Positions 1 to 12,859 are shown, counted from the first letter of the whole stretch. The stretch is DNA of 63,497 nt, filler included, from Reticulomyxa filosa (GCA_000512085.1; 22 parts of 22 records of this genome joined end to end with filler, not necessarily neighbours in it); one strand, 5' to 3'. Numbers and translations are program-made. Notes: generated by a model from the sequence alone, not told the origin.

Positions 1-38
1 AAAAAAAAAACACGGTAACGTATGTCATAGTTAATAAA

Positions 39-467
39 TTATTTTTTGGGATGCCAGTCATCGTCCAAGGACGAAGTACCAGTCAGCGAGGAATCAAATC
101 CTGTCAGTCCCTCATCCGATCCAAAAGTTTTTTTAAGATCTTTGCCGTCGCCAATCAATGATTTTGTAATAATTTGCATTCCCTCAATCCACCGGTCGAC
201 ACATCGACCAACACATTTCTTCTCGCCACTTCCTAAAGAGCTTCCAATTTTGTTCAGACATGATAAGAAACATCGTTCCGAAAGCTATTTTATCATTCCA
301 ACAACAATGAAAAAAAGTAATAGAAAACGCGGGAATATTCTATCTGTTTAGCCACGTTAAAAAAAATTTAAGCTAACCCTCTTACTCAGTTGTTCGACTG
401 TACTAATCAAATGTGCTTGTTGGAGTTGATTTGTCAATTCTTGAACATCAAATTTTTCTTCTGACAT
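39..467 (-). CDS. Small Tim chaperone of the mitochondrial intermembrane space (Tim8/Tim13 family, most like Tim13); 2 exons (467-378, 284-39)
   Basis: Missed by the ORF track. Manual splice gives MSEEKFDVQELTNQLQQAHLISTVEQLSKR|LSERCFLSCLNKIGSSLGSGEKKCVGRCVDRWIEGMQ..., with a twin CX3C motif at canonical spacing; GT..AG intron 377-285. Confidence 0.8.
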
Positions 468-850
468 GGCTTTAGATTATCGATATTTTACCCTTTGAAG
501 AACTTTTTACCTTAAAACTAGTTGGTACATTCACAAAACTCTAAAATGAAAAAAATTTAAAAATTACTGTCTCCAAAACTAATTTACAATAAATATTTGT
601 TTTTCATGGAGAAATCGATTATCTTAATAAGTAGCACAAAAGGTGTGACGTTTGCTTTTGCGGAACATATCTTTGATACACAATAGTTTGCAAAAAAAAA
701 GGATAACTTGACGCAAACACTGATAGACTGAAAACAATCTAATGATTTTTTCAATGTTCTACACAGTGCAGAACTTAAACAAAAATGAAATTCGTGTACT
801 GCATTAGTAAAACAAAAATTCCGTAAATAATGTAAATTATTGAATAATTT

Positions 851-3800
851 TTATTTTTTTGTCCCAAATAAAGAAAGTAAGAATGGTGTCACAAATGGAG
901 CAAATCCTGCACTCATCTTTTCAGAAGATCCAAAAAACATAAAATTATCCTATGTTGGAATATTTTTGTTGGCTCGTTTAGGTGTTATGCAAATATATGC
1001 CTAACTGTTTAGTTTCCATATCTGCCCATTATGATTTTTTGGTCTCCATATATGTCCATAATGACTTTTTGGTTTCCTTGTCTTTACATTAAAATAGTCA
1101 TCGAAATATTGTTTGCATGTATTGAACGAGTTATAAATCTTTTGATAATCAATATCTGCAGCAAATTTCTCAACTAGTGATTCAAGTGAGTCAAAATTTT
1201 GATATTTTTCCATATTTCCGCTTATCTTTGAGATAAAAGCAAACAATATCTTATTTCATTTCTTAGATTGTATGTATAAATAAAAAATAAACTTGTTTAA
1301 ATATACCTTGTTATGTAATGTATCAAAATCAATAAATTTCACTTGACAAAACACATAGTTATTGTCAGAGTAAAACAACATATCAAAGCCCTCTTGACCA
1401 TTTTTAAATGTATATAATCCTGAATGTTCTAATTGATTGTTATTACTATAAAAAGTTTCCAAATTATCATTGCTTTTTTTCCTTTCGATATCATTTACTA
1501 AATTAAATGTCATTTGATGTCCACTTTTCTCCGCTGCAAACACCTGTTGTTTTTTAATACAATAAAATTATATTATAACATTTTAATTATGTTGACATAC
1601 CTCAGCAAGAGATACAGTAGATGGGTTCATTTTAATGCTTTCACGAATTTGCAGTGCATTAAGTCTCAATAAAATTAATCCACAATACATGTCCTCCATT
1701 GTTAATGAAGACGGATTTATAAACGAATTAAGCAACATTCGAACATCTTTGATTAATCTCTTTTTTGAATATTCATCATCCAACGCAGCTGCAAGAATTA
1801 TTAATGGCAACACATTGAATTCCGTTTCAATTGTACCAGAATAATCTTTTTTTTTAATTTTATTTGATGTGTAAACTAATGATTAAAAATAACAATAAAC
1901 AAACCTTCATCTGTTAAAATGTAACCCGATTCTGCCATGAATTTCCAGGTAATAGTATTATTCGCTCGATTAGGTATTACTGTAGTAGGAGATATTTTAA
2001 TCTTCAAAAATGAATAAGCTAATACTGTATCCCAATCATATTTAAAGAAGTTATTAAGCAAGTTGAAAAAGGAATTGTCCTTGCTCAATGATGTAATAAA
2101 AGAAGTGACACATTCATGCATGGTTTTATCAAGAGTATTACTTGAGGATAGCCATTGTTCTAAATGTAAATAACTCCTTGATTTATTTATATTGCATTAT
2201 TAAATTTATTTTTTTATTTTTGACGGAAAAACACATTAAACACCTGGTGTGATTTCCACACAGTTTCGTCAATGTCTTCAACTTCCAGCCTTTGTCATTG
2301 TCGTTATCACAATTATAATAATGTAGAATTTCTTCCTCTAAAGATATTCCTTTCAAATAAATTAAAGCTGGTTTGTTATTTGAGTGTGTTTGTTCAATTG
2401 GAGTACCGGTGGTAGTATATAATATGACTAATCCTTTAACAAGTCTATAGTCAATGGACGAAACGAATTTCTCCTGTTAGAGGATGTGTTTGTTGTTGTA
2501 TATTGTGTTTATAATAGTAAAAAACATATGTAGTTTCAAATCAGATAAACAGATCAAACTTCAAGTTCTCCCCATTGAACTGTATCATCACAAATAAGGA
2601 TTAAATGATCACATTGTTGTTCTTCGACAATCAGATTTAACAATCGTTCCACTGAAACATTTTTCCCACAATCTCCTGAATGCTTTTTCAAATGCTAGAA
2701 ACGACGTTTCTCTTCCAATTTGTGAATTAGAACTAGTCCTTCTATGTGTTCGATATTCACATTTAACTGGTTTTTCTTTTTTTTCTTCTTTTTCTTCTTT
2801 TTCACGGTTTGATATAAAAAAATATTCGAAACAAATACGCAAAATAGTCTCAGTTTCAATATCTTTCTTTTCACTTAATAATGTGTAATCATTAAAACAA
2901 ATAGTCAAAGGGAAAAAATCTTTTTTATCCAATCTTTGATCATTACTGTTATCATAATAATATCTATCTGCATAATGATCGACGAAGTGCGATTTTCCGA
3001 CACCGGAGCTACCATGAACTATTATACGAGGACAGCGACGATAATTCGTCTACATATTTGTTTTTTTATGTATTTTATAATTTTTAATGTAAATTAAATT
3101 AAAATATAATGTATTCATATGTATATATATTTAAATTTATTGAGACATACTTTTGATGTTGCAAGCATAGCTTCATGCAACCTCTTCAACTCTATTGCTC
3201 GCAGTTGCTGTGAAAAATCAATCATTACTTTATTTGCAGCTGCAGGAGATGGATTCCTTTTGTTTATGTCTGCTCTGATTTCTTTTTCTCGAAATGTGAA
3301 TGTCGCATTTTTATCAGTTAATGTTTCATTTGTTTTATCCAATAACATCTTCATTAATTCTTCAATTTGTGTCATAGTTCTTTCATTTCTTTCTTTTTCA
3401 ATTTGTTCCATAGTTCTTTCATCTCTTTCTTTTTTGTCTTCTTTTTTTTCTTTTAATTCTTTTATTCCAACACGAATAACATAAAGACAAAAACACATTT
3501 TTCTCAAGCTATGTTAACTCATAAAAGTATCTTTTTGTAAAATCATATACGCAACTGTCTTTGTGCATGTGCTGGAAGAAGTCAAAGGTACCAACCGATA
3601 GCCCAAATATCTGCCAAGTATTGCTAGTCCAGCATAAGGCCATTATGCCTGATAAATTTTTTGCTAAATTGTTTTCATTTTGCAACTCGTTTCCATCATT
3701 CCAGGACCGTAATTTCATAATTGTTGTGTTTCTGTCATCTGTCGGCTCTATTATTTGACAAAGTTCGGAATCTATAAAACACGTAATCCAAAATTTTTGT

Positions 3801-3882
3801 GTTGTTTTTGTTCGACAATTCGTACAAATAAGTATATTATACCTTTAAGATCAGGGAGAGTTGTTGTTGTTTTTTGGGTCAT
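851..3882 (-). pseudogene. Crinkler/RHS (CR)-like multi-exon gene, copy A: SAM-like header, charged/coiled linker, P-loop NTPase, PD-(D/E)xK nuclease; disrupted as assembled
   Basis: Walker A IIVHGSSGVGKSHF (about 3030-2990); Walker B LILICDD (about 2605-2585); REase helix TMEDMYCGLILLRL; nuclease motif NGQEGFD...FCQVKF (1410-1335). One-nt frameshift at about 2655 and in-frame TAGs at 1001-1003 and 950-952 relative to paralogue B. Confidence 0.65.
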
Positions 3883-4881
3883 TTCAACTGCAAAGTAAAT
3901 AAAAAATAAAATTTATTGAAAAAGAAAATGGTTTTGAATGTTCCTAGAAAAATTTCAAAGCAACTAAAACTTTAAAAAAAAGATTTAGTAAGAATACATG
4001 CCCTTTTTGTAAGAGCAATATAATTGATTTTGATTTTCATTCAAAGATATGACAATATCGTTTTTAATTATCACAATTTCTAGTCTATTGAATTTCGAAG
4101 TATTTTTGTTACAAATTTTTTTATGCTTTGAAGAGATATGCAATAATGTATGATAATTTCAAGACGACACACTTTTTGATCCAAAATAGGACAACTAGTA
4201 GTCTTTTTATCAGCTCTTTTTTTTCCCCGTCCTACTCCAAAATCAATTGAATTTCAACTTAAATCGAGTTTTTATCAATCAACTCGTTAGTTCAGCAATA
4301 TTTTTGTTTCATCTCCACTGTTCATCAACATTTGACAACAAACTGCAATCTTAACCTCCTGATAACGCTGTCACTTCTTTGCATCGACAATGTCGGTAAC
4401 TCGTTTAATCTGCAATATTTTTGTTGCAACAACATCCAACAGATTGCTCAGAGCATACGAATGTGTGCAAATTCAAATGTCACCTGACTCTATACATATT
4501 TGCACTTGCATTATTTATTCTAACTGTCAAGAACAGAATAGAAACTCATATCGAGACAACACATGACGAGTTTGACATAACCCAAAGTATTGTAATCAAT
4601 TCTCACTGACTCCACTTCATCACTTTTGTTACGCTGATACGCCACTATCTGTGTCCGCATAATTTCTTCAATAAATATCGATAAAATTATAAATAGTTTT
4701 GTATTTGTTTTAAACAAAATGAATAAATAAAAATTTAACATAAAACAACACATGTAATATAATTTAGTCTTGAATTCAAATAATTTGTTTATTTTTTAGA
4801 ATATTTGAAGTTTTAATTTAATTGAGTTGAATTTCTTGAAACCCTTTTTTGATTATATTCCCGCATGATAATAATCTCCAA

Positions 4882-7800
4882 ATGAGTCAAAAAACAAATA
4901 CAGAGCTTTTTCAAATAATTGAAGCAACTGACGACAGAGATGCTGTGATTAGTAAGCTTCGATCCTGGAATGATGGAAATAAGTTGCGAAACGAAAACAC
5001 GTTACCAAAAGACATATCAGCCAAAATGGTTTTATATTGGGATCTTGCTACTTGGAAGGAATTCGGGCTATCTATTAGTGTTTTTGACTACTTCCAACAT
5101 ATACATAAATGCAGTTGCGTATGTGACTTCACAAAAAGATAATTTTATGAGTTAACATGTTTGAGAAAAAAATGTGTTTGGAACAAAAGAATTAGAATTA
5201 AAAGAAATGGAACCGAAAACAGAAAAAATGAAAGCAATGCAACAAGTTGAAGAATTAATGAAGAGGCTATTGGATGAAATAAATGAAACATTAACTGATA
5301 AAAATGTGACATTCACATTTCGAGAAAAAGAAATTAGATCGGACATAACCAAAAGAAATCCATCCCCTGCAGCCGCAAATAAAGTAATGATTGACTTTTC
5401 ACAGCAGCTGCGAGCAATAGAGCTGAAGAAGTTGCATGAAGCTGTGCTTGCAGCATCATCAAAAGTATGTCTTAATAAATGCAAATATATACACATATGC
5501 ATATCTTATATTTTAATTTAATTTACATTAAAAATTATAAAATTATTAAAAAAACAAACAAATATGTAGATTGATTCTAGTCGTTGTCCTCACATAATAG
5601 TCTTTGGTGGTTCTGGTGTCGGCAAATCACATTTAGTCGATCATTATGCAGATACATATTATTATGATAATAGTAATGGTCAAAGATTGGATAAAAAAGA
5701 TTTTTTCACTTTGACTATTTGTTTTAATGATCATACAGCAATATATTCATCGAAGATCAACAACGAATTTGAAATGGAGACAATTTTACGTGTTTGCTTT
5801 GAATACTTTTTTTTTTCAAAATATGAAAAAAAAAAAGAAGAAGAAAAAACATATCGAAAATACGCAAGAAACAGTTACTTTTCTGGAATGGAAAGGGAGG
5901 TTTCATTTCTTGCATTTGAAGCAGCATTTACGAGATTGTGGCAAAAGCAATATTTTTCATTGGAAGAATTGTTGAACCTGATTATTGAAGAACAGAAATG
6001 TAAAAACTTGCTTTTTATTTGTGATGATATAACTCAATGGAGGAAACGTGAAGTATGTCTTTTTATTACATTTTGTATTGCAAATATAAAATATGCATTA
6101 ATGAATATGTCAATAGTATGATTTTGTTTCGTGTATTGATCATCGAAAAATTCCTGGATTGGTCGTAATGTATACTACAACCAGTACTCCAACAAGACAT
6201 ATAAAACCAATGCAAGGACCAGCTTTAATTTATTTGAAAGGAATATCTTTAGAGAAGGAAATTCTACATCATTATAATCGTTACAATGACAACGACAAAG
6301 GCTGGAAATTGAAGATATTGACGAGAATGTGTGGAAATCACACCAGGTGTTTTTATGTGTTTTTCCATCAAAGAGCAAAAAAATAAAAAATAAAAATTTA
6401 ATAATGCAATATAAATAAATCAAGGAGTTATTCACATTTAGAACAATGGCTATCCTCAAGTGATGTGCTTGATATATCATTAAGATCCTCAAGTGATGGG
6501 CTTGATATATCATTAAGATCCTCAAGTGATGTGATTGATGTGCTTTATAGATCATCAATTGATGTGCTTGATACATCATCAAGTACATCCTTAAGAAATA
6601 TACTTGATGCATTCTTAAGAGATTTGCATTATCAAACTATGCGTCAATGTGTCTATTCTTTCATAAAATTCTTGAGAATGAACAGTTCCTTTCGAAGTCT
6701 GCTTCAGAGTTTTTTTTTACTAAATGGTTGGCAGACAGTATTAGCTTATTCATTCTTAAAGATTAAAATAGTTCCAACTGCAGTGATATCTGATCCAAAA
6801 AATCCACTATATATTGCTACATGGAGTGATTTTACTGAATCTGGTCTTATTTTGACAGAAGGCGGTTTGTTTTTTTGTTTATTTTTAATCATTGATTAAT
6901 TTATTAACAATTAGATAAAATTAACATAAAATAAGATTATTCTAGTGACGTTGCAACTGAATTCACATTATTACCATTAATAGTAATTGCAGCAGCATTA
7001 AATGACGAATATCGAGGATATCCATTAATAAGAGATATTCGTATATTTCTAAATTCGTTTATGAATCCATCACCATTTGCAATGGAAGACATGTGTTGTG
7101 GATTAATTTTGTTGAGACTTAATGCATTGCGAATTCGTGAAAGCGCTAAAATGAATCCATCTTATGTGTCCCTTTCTGAAGTATGTCAACATAATTAATA
7201 TTAACATTAATGTTTTTTTTCATTTGCATTTTATTAAAAATCAAAAAACAACAGATTTTTGCAGAAGAAAGTAATAAATATGAAATAAAATTTGATTTAT
7301 CAGATTCAATTAAAAAGATTGATATTTGTCAAAATTTCAAAACTTATTGTCCTCACAAGAAATTAGAACGTCCAGGATTATATAGATTTTTTAATCAAAA
7401 GGGTTTTGATGTCTTGCTTTGTTTGAAACAATACTGCAGTGCATTTTGTCAAAATATATTTATCTCTTTCGATATAACTTGCAATGTATGTTTAAACACG
7501 TTTATTTTTATTTTTTATTTTTGTACAAATAATTCAAATAAAATGAAATATATAATATAATATTGTTCTCTTTTTTTATTTCAAAGGTTAGCCAATCGAA
7601 TAAAGTATGTGATTTTGATATATGCGAATCACGAGCTGGTAAATCTGCTTCAAATGTTGATTATATCGGTTCATGCAATTTGCGAAAAAATTTCGAGGAT
7701 TTTGAGCAAAACAAACAGAAAACAAAAGATGAATACAATGACAAAAATGAAATAGAACATGATGAAAGAAAACAAGAATTAAAAAAAAAAGATTTTATCT

Positions 7801-7931
7801 TTGTTTGCTTGACACCATCCAAAATAAAAAGTCAAAAACATCGTGATAATTTAATCTCTTTTGGATCCCCTGAAAAAATGAGTGAAGGATTTGCTTCATT
7901 CTTAATGCCTTTATGGCATAATAATTTATGA
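4882..7931 (+). CDS. Crinkler/RHS (CR)-like multi-exon gene, copy B: SAM-like header, P-loop NTPase, degenerate PD-(D/E)xK nuclease
   Basis: Exon-by-exon paralogue of 851-3882. Walker A IIVFGGSGVGKSHL (about 5594-5635); Walker B LLFICDD (about 6007-6028); CGNHTR motif; AMEDMCCGLILLRL; NQKGFDVLL...FCQNIF; ends FGSPEKMSEGFASFLMPLWHNNL. Confidence 0.7.
6452..6590 (+). repeat. 33-bp coding tandem repeat (about 4 units, SSSDVLDISLR-like)
   Basis: tcctcaagtgatg(t/g)gcttgatatatcattaaga occurs twice nearly perfectly, then decays; copy A has a single unit. Confidence 0.85.
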
Positions 7932-8466
7932 AGCAAAAAATGAAGAATTATCTGTTTCAGTAGGCTTGCATTGGTTGAAAGAAATAATTTGCTATTTATT
8001 GCTTTGTTTCACTGATATAGTTTTACGTTTTTGCTTAGTATGATTTTTTCTTCAAAAATTTGACAATTTAAACAAATGGACATGAAATACTATAATATTG
8101 TGATGTGCTAAACAAATCTCATTTGTTTTTGGTAGTTTATGGTTATCAAAATTATTTTAAAAAAATTAGAAAGTTTGCAGATTTTTTAATTCGCATTTCT
8201 GTTTGAGTTCCATCGCATCATGTTCAATTTCAACTAACGTTGATATTTTATGCCAGTAATAGCGTTTACAATTTGCCAATGTTTTATGTTTACAAATTTC
8301 ACTAAACGATTTTATTTTAACATTAACAAACACAATAGCAAAGCACGTGTAAACATCTGAAGCTAGAATAAGTGTAATGCTTACTAGAAAGCAGAAAATT
8401 CACAAGTTGACTGAACTATTTTGCTTGAAGTTTTTTTTTACTCGGTCCCCTTTTGATTTGCAAGAG

Positions 8467-8709
8467 ATGTCGGAATTGAGTAGTGCGTTAAATTGGACAA
8501 GCATCCAAGTGAAAGAATGGGTAGTAACAGGGAAATTAGGAGGTTTAACAGAGAGCGAAGCACATGAGTTTGGTAAGATTGTGGAAACACACAACATCAA
8601 CGGTATGGCCATGTTGACAATGACAGATTCAAAATTGGTTGAGTTGGGAGTGAGTAACCAGCATGTGGCTTGGACCATCCAAGATGCAGTTGAGCAACAA
8701 AAAAAAAAA
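8467..8709 (+). CDS. SAM-domain protein, N-terminal fragment truncated by contig end
   Basis: WTSIQVKEWV...HNINGMAMLTMTDSKLVELGVSN fits the SAM consensus (W-x3-V-x2-W ... I-x-G-x2-L-x-L-T-x3-L-x-ELG-V). Confidence 0.75.
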
Positions 8710-8809
8710 NNNNNNNNNNNNNNNNNNNNNNNNNNNNNNNNNNNNNNNNNNNNTTAATTAATTAANNNNNNNNNNNNNNNNNNNNNNNNNNNNNNNNNNN
8801 NNNNNNNNN
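8710..8809. other. Artificial contig spacer N44-TTAATTAATTAA-N44 (first of 21; others start at 10012, 13859, 19233, 20934, 23014, 24284, 25414, 31901, 33483, 36549, 38586, 40868, 44740, 45935, 47064, 48250, 50768, 55515, 57563, 62273)
   Basis: Identical 100-nt block with an all-frame stop palindrome. Confidence 0.98.
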
Positions 8810-8816
8810 TTTTTTT

Positions 8817-8854
<38 letters not shown>

Positions 8855-9021
8855 AGTGATCGAAAGTGTGACTTAACCGTGGATGGCCAACATGAGAGCA
8901 TCATATTCCGACGCTCTTAATCATTTCCACATATGTGTATACATATACGTATTTAAGCTTATCATTTCGTCCAATGTGTTCAATACCAAAAATAAAAATA
9001 AAAAATAAAAAGTAAAGTATT

Positions 9022-9985
9022 ACCCTTGAAGCGCAAAGCATCCTCCATCGACCATTGCATGGTTTCGTTGAAAATGGGACGAAGTAATAGTTACCAATGA
9101 TGTCTCAGTATATAATACACCTATGTTTGTATATTTTTTTTTTTTTGTTCAAATGCATGTACGTGTGTGTACATAGAAATATATAATATATGCTGTATAT
9201 ATGAATTGTGTCTACTGAAGTGACCTCCGGAATCGTGAGCAGTGTGATTTAAAAAGGTGGAGTTGTGGATGAGCCAATTGTCGGAATTTAAATAAAGCGC
9301 ACCTCCTTGAATGGTGGCTACATTTTGAAAGAACAGGGAGTGATTGATCGATTTGAGTGCATTATCTCCACCGAACTCATAAACAACACCTCCATACAAA
9401 CCTCGATTTCCAATTAACGTGCAATCCGTCATTTCTAACGAGCTTTGGTCATTTAAACTTAACACTCCACCTATTTCATTCCACGACAAAATATAGAGTC
9501 ACTCCTTTTTAAAAAAAAACAATAACAACAAAAGGACACACCAAAATCGGCGTAATTATTAAAAAATCGACTTTGATGGAGTTGAATGACTCCAAAATTA
9601 GTGTAAATGGCTCCACCTTTAGCACTTGCTTGGTTACGACGAAATGAGCAATTGGAAAAGGTAGTACGAACTGCAGTCATGTCTATCGACGACACGGGCG
9701 CATAATCAAGGTAAATAGCACCGCCATGGGCCATGGCCACATTGCCTTCCACAATACAATCCTTGAGTTCCACGACAGGTACACGGCTGCAAAGAATGGC
9801 TCCACCGATATATGCACTGCCATTGACAAAGTGGGTCTTTCGAATCAAAACGGACTTGGCAATATTTTCCACGCGCAGAGTGCCTCCACTCCAATGGGGA
9901 TTGTAATTGTTTTCAAATCGACTTTCATTTACAATCACTTTCTTTACGTCTTGAATCCAGATATTAAATGTCGAGGAGCTCACTC
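9022..9985 (-). CDS. Polymorphic-membrane-protein-like (GGA[ILV]/FxxN) right-handed beta-helix repeat protein, internal fragment with at least 3 exons
   Basis: Repeated FENN..GGTL, FVNG..GGAI, GNVA..GGAIY, FRRNQASAKGGAIY, FQNVATIQGGALY, FQRNHAMVDGGCF. Confidence 0.8.
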
Positions 9986-10111
9986 TTTTTTTTTTTTTTT
10001 TTTTTTGTTTGNNNNNNNNNNNNNNNNNNNNNNNNNNNNNNNNNNNNNNNNNNNNTTAATTAATTAANNNNNNNNNNNNNNNNNNNNNNNNNNNNNNNNN
10101 NNNNNNNNNNN

Positions 10112-10450
10112 TAATTTTTTTTATTGTTGATATTTTTAATTGACATTTCAAAATTTTGATGTTTAAATATTGAAACATTTTATTGCTTTTAAGAAAAAAG
10201 TTGCTGTTGGTATGCTGGTTGGTGGAGCTATCATTCGATCTGTACCAAAGAAATTTAATATAAGTATAGCTTCGATTTTTGCTCATATAAGTGTAATTGA
10301 ACTGTAAAAAGAAAAGCTGGATCTGTCATGTCATAGAAGATTCATTATGTCACAAACTAAAGAAATAATTGATTTGCTTAAAGAAAATGATATAATATAT
10401 AAATTTTCCTCCTAATTCAACAGACCTAAATCAATCATTTGGTGGATAAC
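10112..10450 (+). mobile_element. Degenerate Tc1/mariner-family transposon, internal fragment
   Basis: Remnants GMLVGGAII (compare VMVWGAIS) and IIDLLKENDII..FPPNSTDLNQ (compare WPPNSPDLNPIE); the DNA is also homologous to 40468-40867. Confidence 0.6.
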
Positions 10451-12859
10451 ATAAACTTCGTCCTAAATGATCACATTTTTTTTTTACTTTGCTTTGAACT
10501 TTTACCGTCTGAAGATAAAGAGTTAACTGCATATGTTATAGACAACGAAAGCGTAATGGTCATTGCTGGAGATGACGCTACACTAGCTGTCTTTAAATCA
10601 ATTGTTGAACGACCAATACACCAAGGTTTGCAGTCAATATGTATAGTCGATGATGCACAAGTCAATATATATACTTGTCCTTCATATACTATGCAACCAA
10701 CTAGTACAATTGAAAAAATCTGGTACCATACGTTTTTAAGTTAATTAAAAAATGCTAAATTACGTATCATTATCAGTATATATTTTTTGTTTTGAATTTT
10801 ATTTTGCGAATTGCGAGTCGCCCTTGAAGAAATGCAATTTTATTGAAACAAATTGTTTGGAAAATATTGTAAAAGAAAAATACAAAGCTCAAACGCAGTT
10901 AAAGAATTACGCACTGTTTTATCCATTTTTTTTTATATTTGTTTTTGATTCTTTTATTACTTCAATATTATCACTTGTAAAATCTTTCATTTTTGCAATA
11001 TCTGTACTCTGGTTAAAGCGAATATCCAAAGATAAATTAAATACATCACGAAAATCTTTGCACCAAGAACTTCCTCATGCTCAGTAGGTTGGATGACTTC
11101 CACAAAACAAGTTAACTGCTGCTTAAATGAAACTATCGTACTTAAACTTAATATGAATAATCTCCAAAAATTGTTATTTGAATTAAAATACAAATTGTCA
11201 ATTATATTATGCAAAGAATTTCTTTGACTTGCGACAAATGACATGATTCCGATCACAATTACAACGTGCCTTGTCAACATTATGATTGCAATTGTTCATT
11301 GCTGTTATCAATGTAAAAAAAACCTAAACAAAAAAATGCGAAATGCAAAAAATTATTCAAAATTAAACTTCAAATAAATATGAAAACATAAAATATATTT
11401 ATAATTAATTCGAGTAAAAAATTTAAAAAAACAATTTTAATTTTGGCAAAAAAAAAAAATTAACATGACAATTGTTTCATTTGACTTTAAAAAAATGAAA
11501 TTGTATATAATAAAGTTGACACATAAAACAGCACATTATTGAGATAATTGATTTTCTTCATAAAAACAACATTCAGTAGCCCAACCCACTTTGGAGGGCT
11601 TTCATCTGTTGTTTTAGTGCTTGGTTTCGTCTTTATTTGTTGCAGCCTTTAAAAAAGAAAATCACAAGATACTTTTGCTGCACATGTTTTGCTAGGAAAT
11701 GCCTTAATAAATTGATATTTATAGTGATTATGATTTTGTGAAATGCTTGCTTTATTTTAGCATCATTAACAAGCGAACCGTATGTCCTAGTAGAATGAGT
11801 GTTGTAAGCATTTGTGGAAGTCAATGAGGCATTTTGTTTTGCTTTCAAAAATTCATATTAACAAAATTAAAATTAATTTCAAAAATAAAATAAAATCACT
11901 CTTAGAAAAACATCTTGTACCAACCAAAACTAAAAAAAGGTAAATGGAAAGAACTTTTCCAAGCAACACTATTTTCAAGCTAAATGCTCAATTCCCAAAC
12001 AAGATCAAACAACGGTCAACTGACAAAAAGAAACTCTACCTCGTTGTTGTATTCAATCAGGACTTGCGTTAGAGAAATAGTGCCACTTATCCAGTCTTGA
12101 TTTTCCTTTGTGACATCATAATATGTAACTGTCCGCTAATGTGAATTCAGTAGCAATCGACAAAGAATTGTCAATTACTGTGCAAAAAAAAGGATAAGTT
12201 AATGTAATTGCAAGCACTCTTGAAAAAAAGACTTTAGTCAATCCTCCAAAACAAAAATGTCCAACAAAAATACAAAATGTTCCAAGAGTAAAAGGATAAT
12301 TGAGTAAATCATCTCTTCTTTTTTTGTGCCCAATCAACTCATCATGTTTTGTAATCCGTTGTGAGCACAAGATAATGTTAAACAATGTAATCTCTTTGTA
12401 ATTTGGAGATTGCTCACACAAAATTGTAAACATTCTGGGTATTTCTTTTGATAATGTTGTCTTTCAAATATCTTTTATAAATTGGAATAAGCAACGATGT
12501 CAAAGTATGACATTACAAATATGAAACAATAAATACAAACATTGATTATTGAATATGTGGGGTTATAGGGGGAAATATTGTTGAATCCCCCCAAAAATTG
12601 GAAAGTTTTTTTTCACAAGAAAAACAGTTGGAATTTTCTTTGGAAAAAGCATTAAGTCAAGTTTTGCTTTTCTTTCTTTAGCTATAGATTCTTTTACATT
12701 ATTTGTCTCATTTTACAATAGTGGGAAATAAAGAAACAACGGAGAAAGCTTTAGTTGTTCGCGAAGCAAATGGATTTAGTGTAATGAATTTTTTTTTAAT
12801 TTAATGTATTTTTATAATTAGTATTTTTTGAAAATATAAATAAATAGTGTATATACTAT

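Noticed and set aside
950-1003. Two in-frame TAGs suggesting stop-codon reassignment
   Set aside because: Long conserved ORFs (GPD2, HslV, AlkD) have no internal TAG/TAA, so pseudogenisation or splicing is simpler.
4200-4700. Coding-like stretch between the divergent CR genes (possible immunity or antitoxin gene)
   Set aside because: Stops in all frames and no recognisable motif; cannot be supported.
6452-6590. 33-bp repeats as a possible CRISPR array
   Set aside because: Directly tandem with no spacers, in-frame coding, eukaryotic context.
11900-12480. Minus-strand coding-like region
   Set aside because: Multiple stops and no identifiable family.
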